Below, in pieces: positions 1 through 10,904 of a DNA stretch of 30,136 nucleotides. A program made the position numbers and the translations under genes. The stretch's first letter is position 1; every line of letters starts with the position of its first letter. Below the pieces are notes generated by a model. It searched no databases. It had not been told where the DNA came from and saw only the letters and a program-made list of their open reading frames with translations. Source of the DNA: Actinomycetota bacterium (GTDB lineage: Bacteria > Actinomycetota > Thermoleophilia > Solirubrobacterales > Thermoleophilaceae); NCBI GenBank assembly GCA_046727635.1, contig JBKPDA010000036.1, forward strand, positions 1-30,136, written 5' to 3'.

Positions 1-321
1 CTGCATGTCGACGAACTTGGTCTGCTGCTCGCCCGCGGCGGCGCCGATCCCCACCCCGGCGTTGTTCACGAGCACGTCGAGTCGGCCGAAGCGTTCGCGG
101 TGGCGGTCGACCACCGCCTTGATCGCTTCCTCGTCGGCCGCGTTGGCCACCAGGTGCTCCACCTCGTAGCCCTGCGAGCGCAGCTCGTCCGCCGCGGGTT
201 CGATCGTCTCGGGCTTGCGGGCCGTGATCGTGAGGCCGTAGCCCTCCTCGCCGAGAGCCTTGGCGAGGGCGAAGCCGATGCCACGAGAGGCACCGGTGAC
301 GATGGCTGCGCGATCCGGCAT
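1..321 (-). CDS. Short-chain dehydrogenase/reductase (SDR), N-terminal part; runs off the left edge
   Basis: Manual translation from ATG 321: MPDRAAIVTGASRGIGFALA...GRLDVLVNNAGVG, with the TGxxxGIG Rossmann motif and NNAG. Not in the ORF track. Confidence 0.9.
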   Translation of the reverse strand, partial: MPDRAAIVTGASRGIGFALAKALGEEGYGLTITARKPETIEPAADELRSQGYEVEHLVANAADEEAIKAVVDRHRERFGRLDVLVNNAGVGIGAAAGEQQTKFVDMQ

Positions 322-328
322 GCCGGGC

Positions 329-334
329 AATCTA
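329..334 (-). promoter_or_regulatory. Putative -10 element (TAGATT) for a leaderless SDR transcript
   Basis: TANNNT hexamer 7 nt upstream of ATG 321; no Shine-Dalgarno visible. Confidence 0.5.
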
Positions 335-337
335 ACG

Positions 338-356
338 GGCGGCCGTGCCGGCCGCC
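338..356. terminator. GC-rich hairpin just downstream of the 376-819 gene
   Basis: GGCGGCCG-TGC-CGGCCGCC, 8-bp stem; no clear U-tract. Confidence 0.3.
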
Positions 357-375
357 GGCGCGGGGCCCTCGTCCC

Positions 376-819
376 TTAGGAGGACGAGGACCCGCTCGGC
401 GACGATCCGCTCGGCGGCGAACCGCTGGGCGCGCTTCCGCCGGCTCCGGACGGCGGACCGCCCGTCCGCACGCCGGTGACCTGGAACGAGGTGCTGACGA
501 GGGCGCCCACCTTCGTGCCGTCCTTCTTCGTCACCAGGACGATGTAGCCACCGCTGGGGTTCTTGAGCACCTGTCCGGCGGTGCCCGGGTACTTGGCGAG
601 GGCCGCGGCCTTGGCCTTGGCCGCCGCCGTGCCGGTCACGGCCGTTGGCATCTGGCCGCCTGAAGGAGGCGATCCCCTCACCGCTCCGCTACCGCTCGTC
701 GTGCCGCTTGCGGAGGTCGAGTGGTTGCTCGCTCCAGAGGAGACCGCGACGCCGCCCGCGGCGATGGCGCCCACCGCGGCGAAGCTTGCAGCGGCCCGGA
801 TGATGTTCTTCTTCGTCAT
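376..819 (-). CDS. Small secreted protein with Ser/Gly-rich ends and a PepSY-like core
   Basis: AAGGAG RBS before ATG 819; signal-like N-terminus MTKKNIIRAAASFAAVGAIAAGG; core AKAKAAALAKYPG...GGYIVLVTKKDGTKV. Confidence 0.65.
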   Translation of the reverse strand: MTKKNIIRAAASFAAVGAIAAGGVAVSSGASNHSTSASGTTSGSGAVRGSPPSGGQMPTAVTGTAAAKAKAAALAKYPGTAGQVLKNPSGGYIVLVTKKDGTKVGALVSTSFQVTGVRTGGPPSGAGGSAPSGSPPSGSSPSGSSSS

Positions 820-944
820 ACCCACTCCTTTGTGTTGCCGTGCGCACAGGCTCGGCGGGGAGCGTGGGCGGAGCGCCGTAGGACGCTGAGCGTTGGGTGA
901 GAGGCGCGGGCCGCGGCGCTCGGACCGCGCGCTACGGTTCTCCG

Positions 945-1270
945 ATGCCGCGAGAAACTCAGATCGGCGGAGTTGATCTCGCGGGGGTGGTGTATCTCGT
1001 GATCGTTCTCGCCGTGGTGTTCGTGCCGATGCTTCTCGGGCGTGGCGGCTCATCGCCCGGGGAATCCGAGTCGGACTCGGACGACGGCGGTGGAGCCGGC
1101 CCGCAGCGGCCTCGCACCCCGCACGACGCTCCTGGAGGCGGCCTCCCGCTGGACCGCGCCGAGCCGGCGCAGGTCCGACTGCGGAGTCACGAGCGACTGG
1201 CAGACCGGCGTTCCATGCCCGATCGACGGCCGGCGCGCGAGCCGGAGCGCACGCCCGTGCGCTCTCCCCC
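945..1270 (+). CDS. Single-TM hypothetical protein; 3' end uncertain because the frame stays open to 1847, antisense to the cupin
   Basis: TACGGT -10 at 933-938, 6 nt before ATG 945; hydrophobic LAGVVYLVIVLAVVFVPMLL, then acidic/Pro-rich linker and VRLRSHERLADR...RPAREPER. End coordinate is approximate. Confidence 0.45.
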
Positions 1271-1340
1271 GCGCAGCTATGGCTCCTCTCCCGCCCGGCG
1301 GTCATCGCCCGGGTCTACCGGGCGTTTGGCGGAGAGCGTT

Positions 1341-1796
1341 CTAGGCGGCGGGAAGCGCGCCCGGATGCCCGAGCACGGCGATCCCATTCGCCCGCGCGAT
1401 GCTGGCCAACGCGCCCATCTCGTCGCCGTTCATCGGACCCGGCACCGCAACCGCGCGGAGGAAGTCCTCGTAGCGGGCCACAGACCGCGTGAAGGCCATG
1501 CTCAGGTAACGCACGCCGTCGGACTCGGCCTCGTGCGTATGCGCCACGTCACGAGGTGCGACGAAGGCGTCGCCCGCCTCCAGCCGCGCCGGCTCGCCGC
1601 CGCAGTGGATGACCAGCGTCCCCTCGAGGACGTAGAACACCTCGTCTGTGTCGTGCGAGTGGAGCGGTGGCATCTGCCCTCGGCGGAGCGTGCACTCGAC
1701 GACGGCGAGGTTTCCCGCCCCGTCGGCCTCCGCCCGCATCGCCGCGATCGTCTCGACGAGCGAGAGCAAGGCAGTCTCCTGAGCAAGTGTCGTCAC
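1341..1796 (-). CDS. Cupin domain protein
   Basis: Cupin motifs PPLHSHDTDEVFYVLEG and GDAFVAPRDVAH. Confidence 0.85.
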   Translation of the reverse strand: MTTLAQETALLSLVETIAAMRAEADGAGNLAVVECTLRRGQMPPLHSHDTDEVFYVLEGTLVIHCGGEPARLEAGDAFVAPRDVAHTHEAESDGVRYLSMAFTRSVARYEDFLRAVAVPGPMNGDEMGALASIARANGIAVLGHPGALPAA

Positions 1797-1922
1797 CGCG
1801 GCGTCCCTTCTCTCGACTGGCCGACGGGAGACAGGTTCGCGGACTGAGGGCCCGCTGATCAGGCGGCCAGCACGTGTGTTTGCGGCGGGTTATCCGAACC
1901 GTGACGGTGCCACGATGGACGC

Positions 1923-3826
<1,904 letters not shown>

Positions 3827-3830
<4 letters not shown>

Positions 3831-4867
3831 ACCTTCACCCTCCGGATCCACTGATCGACGGCTACGGCGACGATCACGAGCACTCCCTCGGCGATCGGCT
3901 GGTAGAGGTCGTTGACGTTCGCAAGCGTGAGACCGGATGTGAAGGCGACGACGATCAGCGCCCCGAACAGCGTGCCCACCACGCCCCCGCGGCCGCCGAA
4001 GAGGCTTGTGCCGCCGATCACCACGGCCGTGATGCTCCGAAGGTTCGCGTCGACCGCATTGTTCGGGCTCGCAGCCCCTGTGTAACCGATCGACACCCAG
4101 GCGGCGATCGCGACGATGAGCCCGGCGAAGAGGTAGACGCTGAACAGGACCAGCTTGGTCCGGATCCCCGCCAGGCGTGCCGCGTCGACGTCGTCGCCCA
4201 CCGCGAAGACGTGCCGGCCCCACTGCGTCTGTCCAAGGATGTAGTTGACCACGAGGTAGAGGCCGAGCACCAGGAGCACGCCGTTTATCAGGTTGAACGG
4301 TCCGATCTTCACCGCGTCGCCGGTCCAGTTGACGATGTGCGGCATCTGCGACGCCTGAGTGGTCTGTCCGTTCGAGTAGAGCAACCCGATCGAGGAGAAG
4401 ACGCTCAGCGTGCCGAGCGTGGCGATGAACGGAGGCAGGCGGAAGCGGGTGACGAGGGCGCCGTTCAAGACCCCGGTGGCCGCACCCACCGCGAAGCCGA
4501 TGAGCAGCGCGAGCGGCCCGGCGATGTGGTTGTTGGCGGCCGTCTGGGCCATGAACAGCTGGGCGAGGATCATGGCCGCGCCGATCGACAGGTCGATGCC
4601 GGCCGTGAGGATGATCAGCGTCTGCGCCACGCCGAGCGCCGCGACGACGGCGACCTGCTGAAGCATCAGCGAGATGTTCTGCGAGGCGAGGAAGCGTGAG
4701 TTCAGGAAGTCGAAGACCACCGAGGAGGCCACGAGCACGATGAAGGGACCGAGCGCCGGGTGCGCGTGGAGCTGGCGTTGCACGTGATCCAGCGGCGTGA
4801 GCCGGGGAGTTAGGCGCTCGAGCTCCTCCTCGGGCGTGAGTGCTGCTTCTGCGGTTGCCTCGTTCAT
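3827..4867 (-). CDS. Sugar ABC transporter permease (RbsC/FrcC family)
   Basis: Multiple TM segments; GIDLSIG, RLPPFIATLG and VVIGGTSLFGG motifs; GGAGAG RBS before ATG 4867. Confidence 0.92.
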
Positions 4868-4890
4868 GGTGTCTCTCCTAGCCACCTGGC

Positions 4891-4923
4891 GTCCGTCGTC
4901 GCGCACGGGGCGCGACGACGGAC
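4891..4923. other. Intercistronic stem-loop between the binding-protein and permease genes
   Basis: Perfect 14-bp stem GTCCGTCGTCGCGC / GCGCGACGACGGAC with a 5-nt loop. Confidence 0.8.
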
Positions 4924-4959
4924 TGCCGGTTCACCGCGACTGGGATTTGCCGCGGACGG

Positions 4960-6090
4960 CTAGCCCCAGCAGATCTGCTTTGCGGAGTTAACCGTGCCGC
5001 TGGGCACGCCGGGCTGCGGGTCGTTCGTGTACAGCTTCGTACCGGTGTTGAAGAAGCCCAGGCCCGGCGAGGTTGCCGGATGGACGTGCTTCGTGACCAG
5101 CTTGTAGATCGCGTCCACGCCGTCCGATGCCATCTTGCCCGGGAATTGACCTGCGGTCGCTGCGATCGAGCCCTTGGCGACGAAGGGCAGGTTCGTGCAC
5201 CCGCCGTCGATTGCGACGACGATCGCCTTGTTGTGCGCCGCCGCGAGCGCCTCGCTGGCACCTTGGGCGGCCGGCTCGTTGATCGCATACACGACGTTGA
5301 TGTTCGGATCCTTCTGCAGGCACGTCTGCATCGCGGACTTGCCGGTCGGGATCGCGCCCTGGGTCGGCAGCTGGCAGGAGATCTTGTAGGTGCCCCCCTT
5401 ACCGCCGGTGTAGTTCCCGCTCTTCGGCTCCTTGCCGTTGATGTTCGGGTCGCCGACCGGAATTCCCATGCCGGTGAGGAAGCCATGGTCTCGCTGGACG
5501 TCCACCGACACGACCTGGTTGTTGAACAGGTCGAGCAGCGCGATGTCCGCCGGCTTGCCGGCCAGCTTTGAAGCCAGCCATTGGCCGTCGAGCTTGCCCG
5601 CGGCGAAGTTGTCGGTGGCATAGGTGATGTTCACCGTGCTCGGCGGGATCGGAGCCGTGTCGAGCGCGATCGTGTAGAGACCGGCCTTGCGGGCCTTGCC
5701 GAGCGCGGCGTTCACCGCGTTGCCGTTGGGCGTGATGATGATGCCCGCGTCGCCGGCGGCGATCGCGTTGTCGATCGCGGTGATCTGGCTCCCCGTATCA
5801 CCGTCGGTGGTGCCTGCCGACACCTTCAGGTCGACGCCGAGCTTGGCGGCGTCAGCGTTCGCGCTGGTCTTCATCGAGACGAAGTACGGGTTCGAAAAAG
5901 TCTTGAGGATCAATGCGATCTTCACGTTTTTGCCGCCAGAACTGCTCGAGTTGCTCGAGCCGCCGGAGCTGCTCGAGCCGCAGGCGGCGACCGCCAGAGC
6001 GGCGACGAGTGCGAATGCCGCAGCGGCTAGGCGCCGGCGAGTCCGCGGGCCTGGTCCCTCGGACGGGCCCGTGTGACGGTGATGGGACAT
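4960..6090 (-). CDS. Sugar ABC transporter substrate-binding lipoprotein (FrcB-like; fructose, mannose or ribose by inference)
   Basis: Lipobox LAVAAC and Ser linker; IALILKTFSNPYFVSM and VYAINEPAA periplasmic-binding motifs; GGAGG RBS before ATG 6090. Confidence 0.88.
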   Translation of the reverse strand: MSHHRHTGPSEGPGPRTRRRLAAAAFALVAALAVAACGSSSSGGSSNSSSSGGKNVKIALILKTFSNPYFVSMKTSANADAAKLGVDLKVSAGTTDGDTGSQITAIDNAIAAGDAGIIITPNGNAVNAALGKARKAGLYTIALDTAPIPPSTVNITYATDNFAAGKLDGQWLASKLAGKPADIALLDLFNNQVVSVDVQRDHGFLTGMGIPVGDPNINGKEPKSGNYTGGKGGTYKISCQLPTQGAIPTGKSAMQTCLQKDPNINVVYAINEPAAQGASEALAAAHNKAIVVAIDGGCTNLPFVAKGSIAATAGQFPGKMASDGVDAIYKLVTKHVHPATSPGLGFFNTGTKLYTNDPQPGVPSGTVNSAKQICWG

Positions 6091-6147
6091 GGGGTGACCT
6101 CCTCCTCCTGATTGCGCTCGCCCCCGAAGCAACCCCCATCGCTTCGA

Positions 6148-6159
6148 GACAACGTTGTC
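6148..6159. promoter_or_regulatory. LacI-family operator O1, GACAACGTTGTC
   Basis: Perfect 12-bp palindrome with central CG, lying over the predicted transcription start of the ABC operon. Confidence 0.8.
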
Positions 6160-6161
6160 GC

Positions 6162-6190
6162 AAGATACATACCGCCTCAGAACCTGTCAA
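6162..6190 (-). promoter_or_regulatory. Sigma70/SigA-type promoter of the sugar ABC operon
   Basis: TTGACA (6190-6185), 17-nt spacer, TATCTT (6167-6162). Confidence 0.8.
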
Positions 6191-6247
6191 GGCTGGCTTT
6201 TACGCGCCTTCTACTTGTAGACTGGGACCGTCGTCTCGACCCGGGAG

Positions 6248-6259
6248 GAAAACGTTGTC
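6248..6259. promoter_or_regulatory. LacI-family operator O2, GAAAACGTTGTC
   Basis: 11/12 match to O1, exactly 100 bp away, upstream of the lacI-type gene. Confidence 0.65.
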
Positions 6260-6323
6260 GGAAGACGGTAGCGACGGCTCGGCGAACCCTGTAGCGCCTC
6301 GAGAGCCACGGCTGCGGCCCACT

Positions 6324-7343
6324 ATGCGCGATGTGGCGGCGCTTTCGGGCGTCAGCCTCAAGACCGTCTCGAGGGTGATCAACGGCGAGCCGACCGTTGC
6401 GCCGGAGCTGGCGGCACGCGTCCGTCGCGCCGCGGCGAGCCTGGATTACCGGCCCAATCTCACCGCCCGGAACCTTCGGAGCAGCGACCGTCGCACCCGC
6501 ACCATCGGCGTCCTCCTCGAGAACGTGGCAAACCCGTTCTCGTCCGCCCTGCACCGGGCCGTGGAGGACGTGGCCCGGGCCCGTGGTGTGGCGGTGTTCG
6601 CCGGAAGCGTCGACGAGGACCCGGCGCGCGAGCGTGAGCTCGCGCTGGCGCTCGTCGAGCGACGCGTCGACGGCATGATCATCGTTCCCGCCGGTGAAGA
6701 CCAGAGCTATCTCGCCAACGAGCAGCGCGCCGGGCTCAGCCTGGTGTTCGCGGATCGGCCCCCGCGACTGCTCCGCGCCGATGCGGTCGTGTCCGACAAT
6801 GCCCGCGGGGCCGGGGCCGCGGTGCAGCACCTGATCGCGGCGGGGCACAAGCGGATCAGCTTCCTCGGCGACCTCACGTCCATCGCCACCGCCGCCGACC
6901 GCTTCGCGGGCTACCAGGAGGCGCTCTCGAAATCCGGAATCGAGTTCGACGAGGCGATCGTCCGGTTCGACTTGCACAGTGTCACCGCCGCCGAGGCGGC
7001 AACCCGCGACCTGATGCTGGGCCCCAAGCCGACCGCGCTGTTCGCCACCCAGAACCTGATCACGATCGGCGCCCTACGCGCACTGCGCGACATGGATCTC
7101 CAAGAACGAGTGGCGGTCGTTGGCTTCGACGACTTCCTGCTCGCCGACATGCTGCAGCCCGCCGTGACCGTCGTCGCCCAGGACCCCGCCGCGATCGGCG
7201 AGACGGCCTGCAAGGTCCTCTTCCAGCGGATGGACGGCGACGCCTCGCCGCCGCAGACGCACACCATCCCGACCCGCCTGATCGCTCGAGGCTCCGGCGA
7301 GATAGCTCCCGAAGCGCCGGCCGCCGCCTACCCGGCCGACTAG
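6324..7343 (+). CDS. LacI-family transcriptional regulator
   Basis: HTH MRDVAALSGVSLKTVSRVING; NPFSS and VVGFDDF motifs; divergent from the sugar operon. Start codon approximate. Confidence 0.93.
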   Translation: MRDVAALSGVSLKTVSRVINGEPTVAPELAARVRRAAASLDYRPNLTARNLRSSDRRTRTIGVLLENVANPFSSALHRAVEDVARARGVAVFAGSVDEDPARERELALALVERRVDGMIIVPAGEDQSYLANEQRAGLSLVFADRPPRLLRADAVVSDNARGAGAAVQHLIAAGHKRISFLGDLTSIATAADRFAGYQEALSKSGIEFDEAIVRFDLHSVTAAEAATRDLMLGPKPTALFATQNLITIGALRALRDMDLQERVAVVGFDDFLLADMLQPAVTVVAQDPAAIGETACKVLFQRMDGDASPPQTHTIPTRLIARGSGEIAPEAPAAAYPAD

Positions 7344-7756
7344 GCGATCCTGCGGACGGGCGCCTGCAGGCGACGCGATACGGACAGGGAGGCTGCCGGT
7401 GAGCCGCTCGCCTCGCGCAGCTGCCGCGCGCGCAGCTGGAGCAGCGCCACTATGTCCGCAGTCGGCTTGAACGGGTCGGCCAGCGCCCGGCCACCGTCGA
7501 GTGGCAGCGCGGCCACGAGCTCGTCGTCCTGCTCGGCGACGAGCACGCCACCGATCGGTACTGGCTTCTCGTCGAGGGCGGCCAGCCGCCGGATCGCGTC
7601 GATGTCACGCTCGGCGAACAGCCGCACGCTGATGGCGGTGCTCCGATCGGTGTCCTCGGACGGCTCCCGGGTGCTCGTCCGGGACGCCCGGGCAGCCTGT
7701 TCGCGGAGATCGCGGATGTGCTCGCCCGCCAGCTCTCTACTCAGAAACGGGTTCAC
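7340..7756 (-). CDS. Conserved hypothetical protein (IRRLAALD...LVAE...ADPF type, recalled from Thermoleophilia)
   Basis: AAGGAG RBS before GTG 7756; DIDAIRRLAALDEKPVPIGGVLVAEQDDELVAALPLDGGRALADPFKPTADIVALL. Confidence 0.7.
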   Translation of the reverse strand: MNPFLSRELAGEHIRDLREQAARASRTSTREPSEDTDRSTAISVRLFAERDIDAIRRLAALDEKPVPIGGVLVAEQDDELVAALPLDGGRALADPFKPTADIVALLQLRARQLREASGSPAASLSVSRRLQAPVRRIA

Positions 7757-7886
7757 TTTGGCTCCTTGTCTCAAGCGGTTGAAACATCCTGGAGCCAATG
7801 CTGGACTAAGACCTGCGGTCCCACATCGGGCGGGTGGAGCGACCTTAGGCCGCAATTCCCTTACTCGAGCGCCGCGACCCCTTAGT

Positions 7887-8291
7887 TCACGCTTCGCGCC
7901 AGCCGGGCACCGAATCGCCAAGCTCGGTGATCGCCGCGACGGCAACCATCTCCGGGGTGACCTCGACGGGAAGCCGCGCCGCGGCGACCGCTTCGAGGAG
8001 TGAACGCGCCGCCGCGTGCAGCCGGCGGCCGGCCTCTCCGCTGGCCCGCTCGAGGAGCTCCTCCCGCTCGTGATCCGGCAGGCCACCCAGGTGCGCCTCC
8101 GCCATGGCGGCCCCTCCATCGGGCGATTCCTCGATGCCCTCGATCACGGCGTCATCCGCGTTCGGCGCCATGTCTCTGAGAGCGACGTTTCGCAGAACGA
8201 AGTGCTCGAACGCCTCGGAGGCGTCCGAGTCGATCACCCTCCTCATGAGCTCCTTCAGCTCGGCGGTGCCTTGCTTGTCGCTGTCGCTCAT
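7887..8291 (-). CDS. Hypothetical acidic helical protein
   Basis: 134-aa ORF with normal composition filling the gap downstream of the MFS gene; no recognisable motif. Confidence 0.55.
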   Translation of the reverse strand: MSDSDKQGTAELKELMRRVIDSDASEAFEHFVLRNVALRDMAPNADDAVIEGIEESPDGGAAMAEAHLGGLPDHEREELLERASGEAGRRLHAAARSLLEAVAAARLPVEVTPEMVAVAAITELGDSVPGWREA

Positions 8292-8349
8292 GTGCGTTCG
8301 TACGCATCTTCCCGCAGATGCGCGGCGGGCGCGTTCCGCCGCGAGTGCG

Positions 8350-9801
8350 CTAGGCGGGATCGGCGCACGGAGTTGCGGTGGTAGCGGCGCCGGTCCTGGG
8401 GCGCAGCACGGTGAGCGCCAGGGCGATCGCCACCGCCACGAGCGCGGCTCCGATCAGATAGGCGACGTGGTACCCGGAGTTGAGCGCCGCGGCAGCGGAC
8501 TCGCCATCCGCGAGCAGGCCGTGGGTGCGCTGGGTTGCGAAGGTCGCGAGCACGGCGAGACCGATCGCGCCCCCGACGTTCACCGAAGTGTTGACAAGTC
8601 CTGAAGCGAGACCCGAGTCGCTCGGCGTTGCGCCCGACATCGCAACCGTCGTCAGGGCGGGAAACGCGAGACCGGCGCCGAGGCCGAGCACCGCCATGGC
8701 CGGCAGCACGTCGACGGCGTACACGGCGTGGACAGGCGTCCGCGCGAAGAGGAGCAGAGCGACACCGATCGCCACGAGGCCGGGGACCAGCGTCGCGAGC
8801 GGACCCAAGCGCATGGTGAGCGGGCCGGAGAAGCGGAGCGACGTGGCCCCCATTGCGACGGTGGCCGGGAGGAACGCAAGGCCGACCTCGAGGGCGTCGT
8901 AACGAAGGATCTGCTGGAGGTAGAGCGCGCCGAGGAAGAACATGCCGAACATCCCGACGACCAGCAGCGCCTGCACGCCGTTCGCCCCCGAGACCTCCCG
9001 CGAGCGGAAGAGGCGCAGCGGCATCAGCGGATTGGGAATGCGGTCCTGCCGAATCAGGAACGCGGCGAGCAGCCCGATCGAGAGTCCGCCGAGCGCGAGC
9101 GTCTGACTCGATCCCCAGCCCCGTCCGTCGACCTGGAGGATCGTGTAGACGCCGAGCATCAGTCCGCCGGTGAGCAGCGCGGCGCCCGGAAGGTCGGCGC
9201 CATTGCGGAGACCGATTCCCGGCTGGTCGTCGATCAGCCTGATGGCGAAGAGCGCGGTCGCGATGCCGATCGGCAGGTTGATGAAGAAGATCCAGTGCCA
9301 GTTGATCGCCTGGGTCAGGACGCCGCCGGCGAGGAGCCCGATGGAGCCACCGGCCGATGCGACGAAGCCGTACACGCCGATTGCCTTCGCCTGCTCCCGC
9401 GGCTCGGGGAACATCGTCACGATCATCCCGAGGATCACGGCCGAGGTCAGCGCGCCGCCGATGCCCTGGACGAAGCGCGCCGCGATGAGCACGCCCTGGC
9501 TGTCGGCGACGGCGCACAGCGCCGAGGCGCCCGTGAAGACGGCGAGGCCGGTGAGGAAGACCCGCCGCTGCCCGATGAGGTCGCCGATGCGACCGGCCAG
9601 CAGCAGCAGCCCGCCGAACGAGATCAGGTAGGCGTTCAGCACCCAAGCGAGGCCGCTCTGCGAGAACCCGAGATCGTGCTTGATCGAGGGCAGCGCAACG
9701 TTCACGATCGTCGCGTCGAGGACGTCCATCAGGACGCCCGCGCACAGCACATAGAGGGCAAGCCAACGCCTGCGGTTGAGTCGATTCTCGTTCGCGTTCA
9801 T
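8350..9801 (-). CDS. DHA2-family (EmrB/QacA) MFS efflux transporter
   Basis: VLDATIVNVALPSI, GLLLLAGRIGDLIGQRRVF and WHWIFFINLPIG motifs; about 14 hydrophobic segments. Confidence 0.93.
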   Translation of the reverse strand: MNANENRLNRRRWLALYVLCAGVLMDVLDATIVNVALPSIKHDLGFSQSGLAWVLNAYLISFGGLLLLAGRIGDLIGQRRVFLTGLAVFTGASALCAVADSQGVLIAARFVQGIGGALTSAVILGMIVTMFPEPREQAKAIGVYGFVASAGGSIGLLAGGVLTQAINWHWIFFINLPIGIATALFAIRLIDDQPGIGLRNGADLPGAALLTGGLMLGVYTILQVDGRGWGSSQTLALGGLSIGLLAAFLIRQDRIPNPLMPLRLFRSREVSGANGVQALLVVGMFGMFFLGALYLQQILRYDALEVGLAFLPATVAMGATSLRFSGPLTMRLGPLATLVPGLVAIGVALLLFARTPVHAVYAVDVLPAMAVLGLGAGLAFPALTTVAMSGATPSDSGLASGLVNTSVNVGGAIGLAVLATFATQRTHGLLADGESAAAALNSGYHVAYLIGAALVAVAIALALTVLRPRTGAATTATPCADPA

Positions 9802-9830
9802 ACCCCTGAGACGGGGCTAGCGCGGAGAAC

Positions 9831-10727
9831 TCATCGGTGGCGACGCAGGAAGCTGCTGGCCCCGCGAAACGGCCGTGTGGTTCGCCAGCTCAGGGACTGC
9901 TCGTAGTGCCTTCGAACCTCCTCGATGGCACGGTCCCGGTCGCGCTCGACCTGGAGCAGGTTGTGTCGAACCGCACGCCACTCCCGCGGGTCGTCGGCCG
10001 GTCGCTCGAGCTGCTCCAACGTGACCTCGACATCGCGCTTACGCATTAACACCCAGGTCTGTCCGTGAACCTGCGGCGCAACCTCGAGAGTCTCGAATGC
10101 CCGTCCCCAGTGCTCGCGGACCCACCAGTCCGACATGAGCACCATCGGACCGCCATCGTCCCAGCCCTGCGTGGGGCGCAGCACGTTCATCCCCACCCTG
10201 TCTTCGTCCCACGGTTCGTGCGTCACGACCTCGCCGTTCCAGCGGCCCATGTACGTGGCGATCAAGAGGCCGCCGGGCGACAGCAGGCGGTGCAGCTCTA
10301 CGAGCCAAGGCAGCGAGTTGTCCGTCAGGTGGGTGAACACGGACACCGCCCAGGCGAGGTCGAACGTCCCGTACTCCAGGCCGAGCGGGGGGTCCTCCTC
10401 GTTGCGCACCGTGTTCAGCGGCGGACTCAAATTGGAGCCAAGCCACTCGATGCTCGACCCGTCGATGTCGGCGCCCCAAAACTCGCCCCGCTCCGCCTCC
10501 GGCAGGAAATGTCGCAACGTTCGGCCAGCGCCGCAGCCGAAATCCAAGACCCGCTTCCCATCGAACGACCACTCCTCAGGGAGCAGTCGCAAGAGAGCGT
10601 CCTTGGTCTCAGCGCCTATGGCCTCGTAGGCCTGAAGCGGATCACCGAGGTTCTCGAGGGAACAAACGCGATGCGCGAGCTGAAGGGGCGGATGCGGAGG
10701 ACGAGACATCAGGCTCGTATGCGCCAA
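9831..10727 (-). CDS. Class I SAM-dependent methyltransferase (alternative start ATG 10709)
   Basis: Motif I VLDFGCGAG, acidic WGADID, FDLAWAVSVFTHL, LLSPGGLL. Confidence 0.85.
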   Translation of the reverse strand: MAHTSLMSRPPHPPLQLAHRVCSLENLGDPLQAYEAIGAETKDALLRLLPEEWSFDGKRVLDFGCGAGRTLRHFLPEAERGEFWGADIDGSSIEWLGSNLSPPLNTVRNEEDPPLGLEYGTFDLAWAVSVFTHLTDNSLPWLVELHRLLSPGGLLIATYMGRWNGEVVTHEPWDEDRVGMNVLRPTQGWDDGGPMVLMSDWWVREHWGRAFETLEVAPQVHGQTWVLMRKRDVEVTLEQLERPADDPREWRAVRHNLLQVERDRDRAIEEVRRHYEQSLSWRTTRPFRGASSFLRRHR

Positions 10728-10757
10728 TTGCCCCGAGGTTACCGTCCACGGGAAGGG

Positions 10758-10895
10758 GAGCGATCGCTCACCCTCTCAGCTCTGCGGACCTGCGCCCTGC
10801 GGCGTCCTCGGGGTGTCGATGTGCGGAGCACTATCGACAGCCCTGCGTCCTTGCAGGGCTTGGTCCTCGTAGCTGAGAGGGCGAGCGATTCGCTC
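10758..10895. other. Highly structured intergenic element: ~24-bp terminal inverted repeat enclosing three hairpins (candidate ncRNA, MITE or REPIN)
   Basis: 10758-10781 is the reverse complement of 10871-10895 with one mismatch and one extra base. Inner GGACC/GGTCC helix; hairpins at 10792-10805, 10814-10839 and 10840-10859. Confidence 0.65.
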
Positions 10896-10904
10896 ACTCT
10901 CGAG

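Noticed and set aside
5940-5985. Repeated TGCTCGAG units
   Set aside because: They encode the Ser-rich lipoprotein linker of the binding protein; low-complexity coding sequence.
7340-7343. One CTAG supplies the stop codons of both convergent genes
   Set aside because: A common consequence of the palindromic TAG overlap; no functional implication can be supported.
7800-7865. CTAAG/CTTAG and TGCGG/CCGCA half-repeats upstream of the hypothetical gene
   Set aside because: Order and spacing do not form a consistent inverted repeat; too weak to call a binding site.
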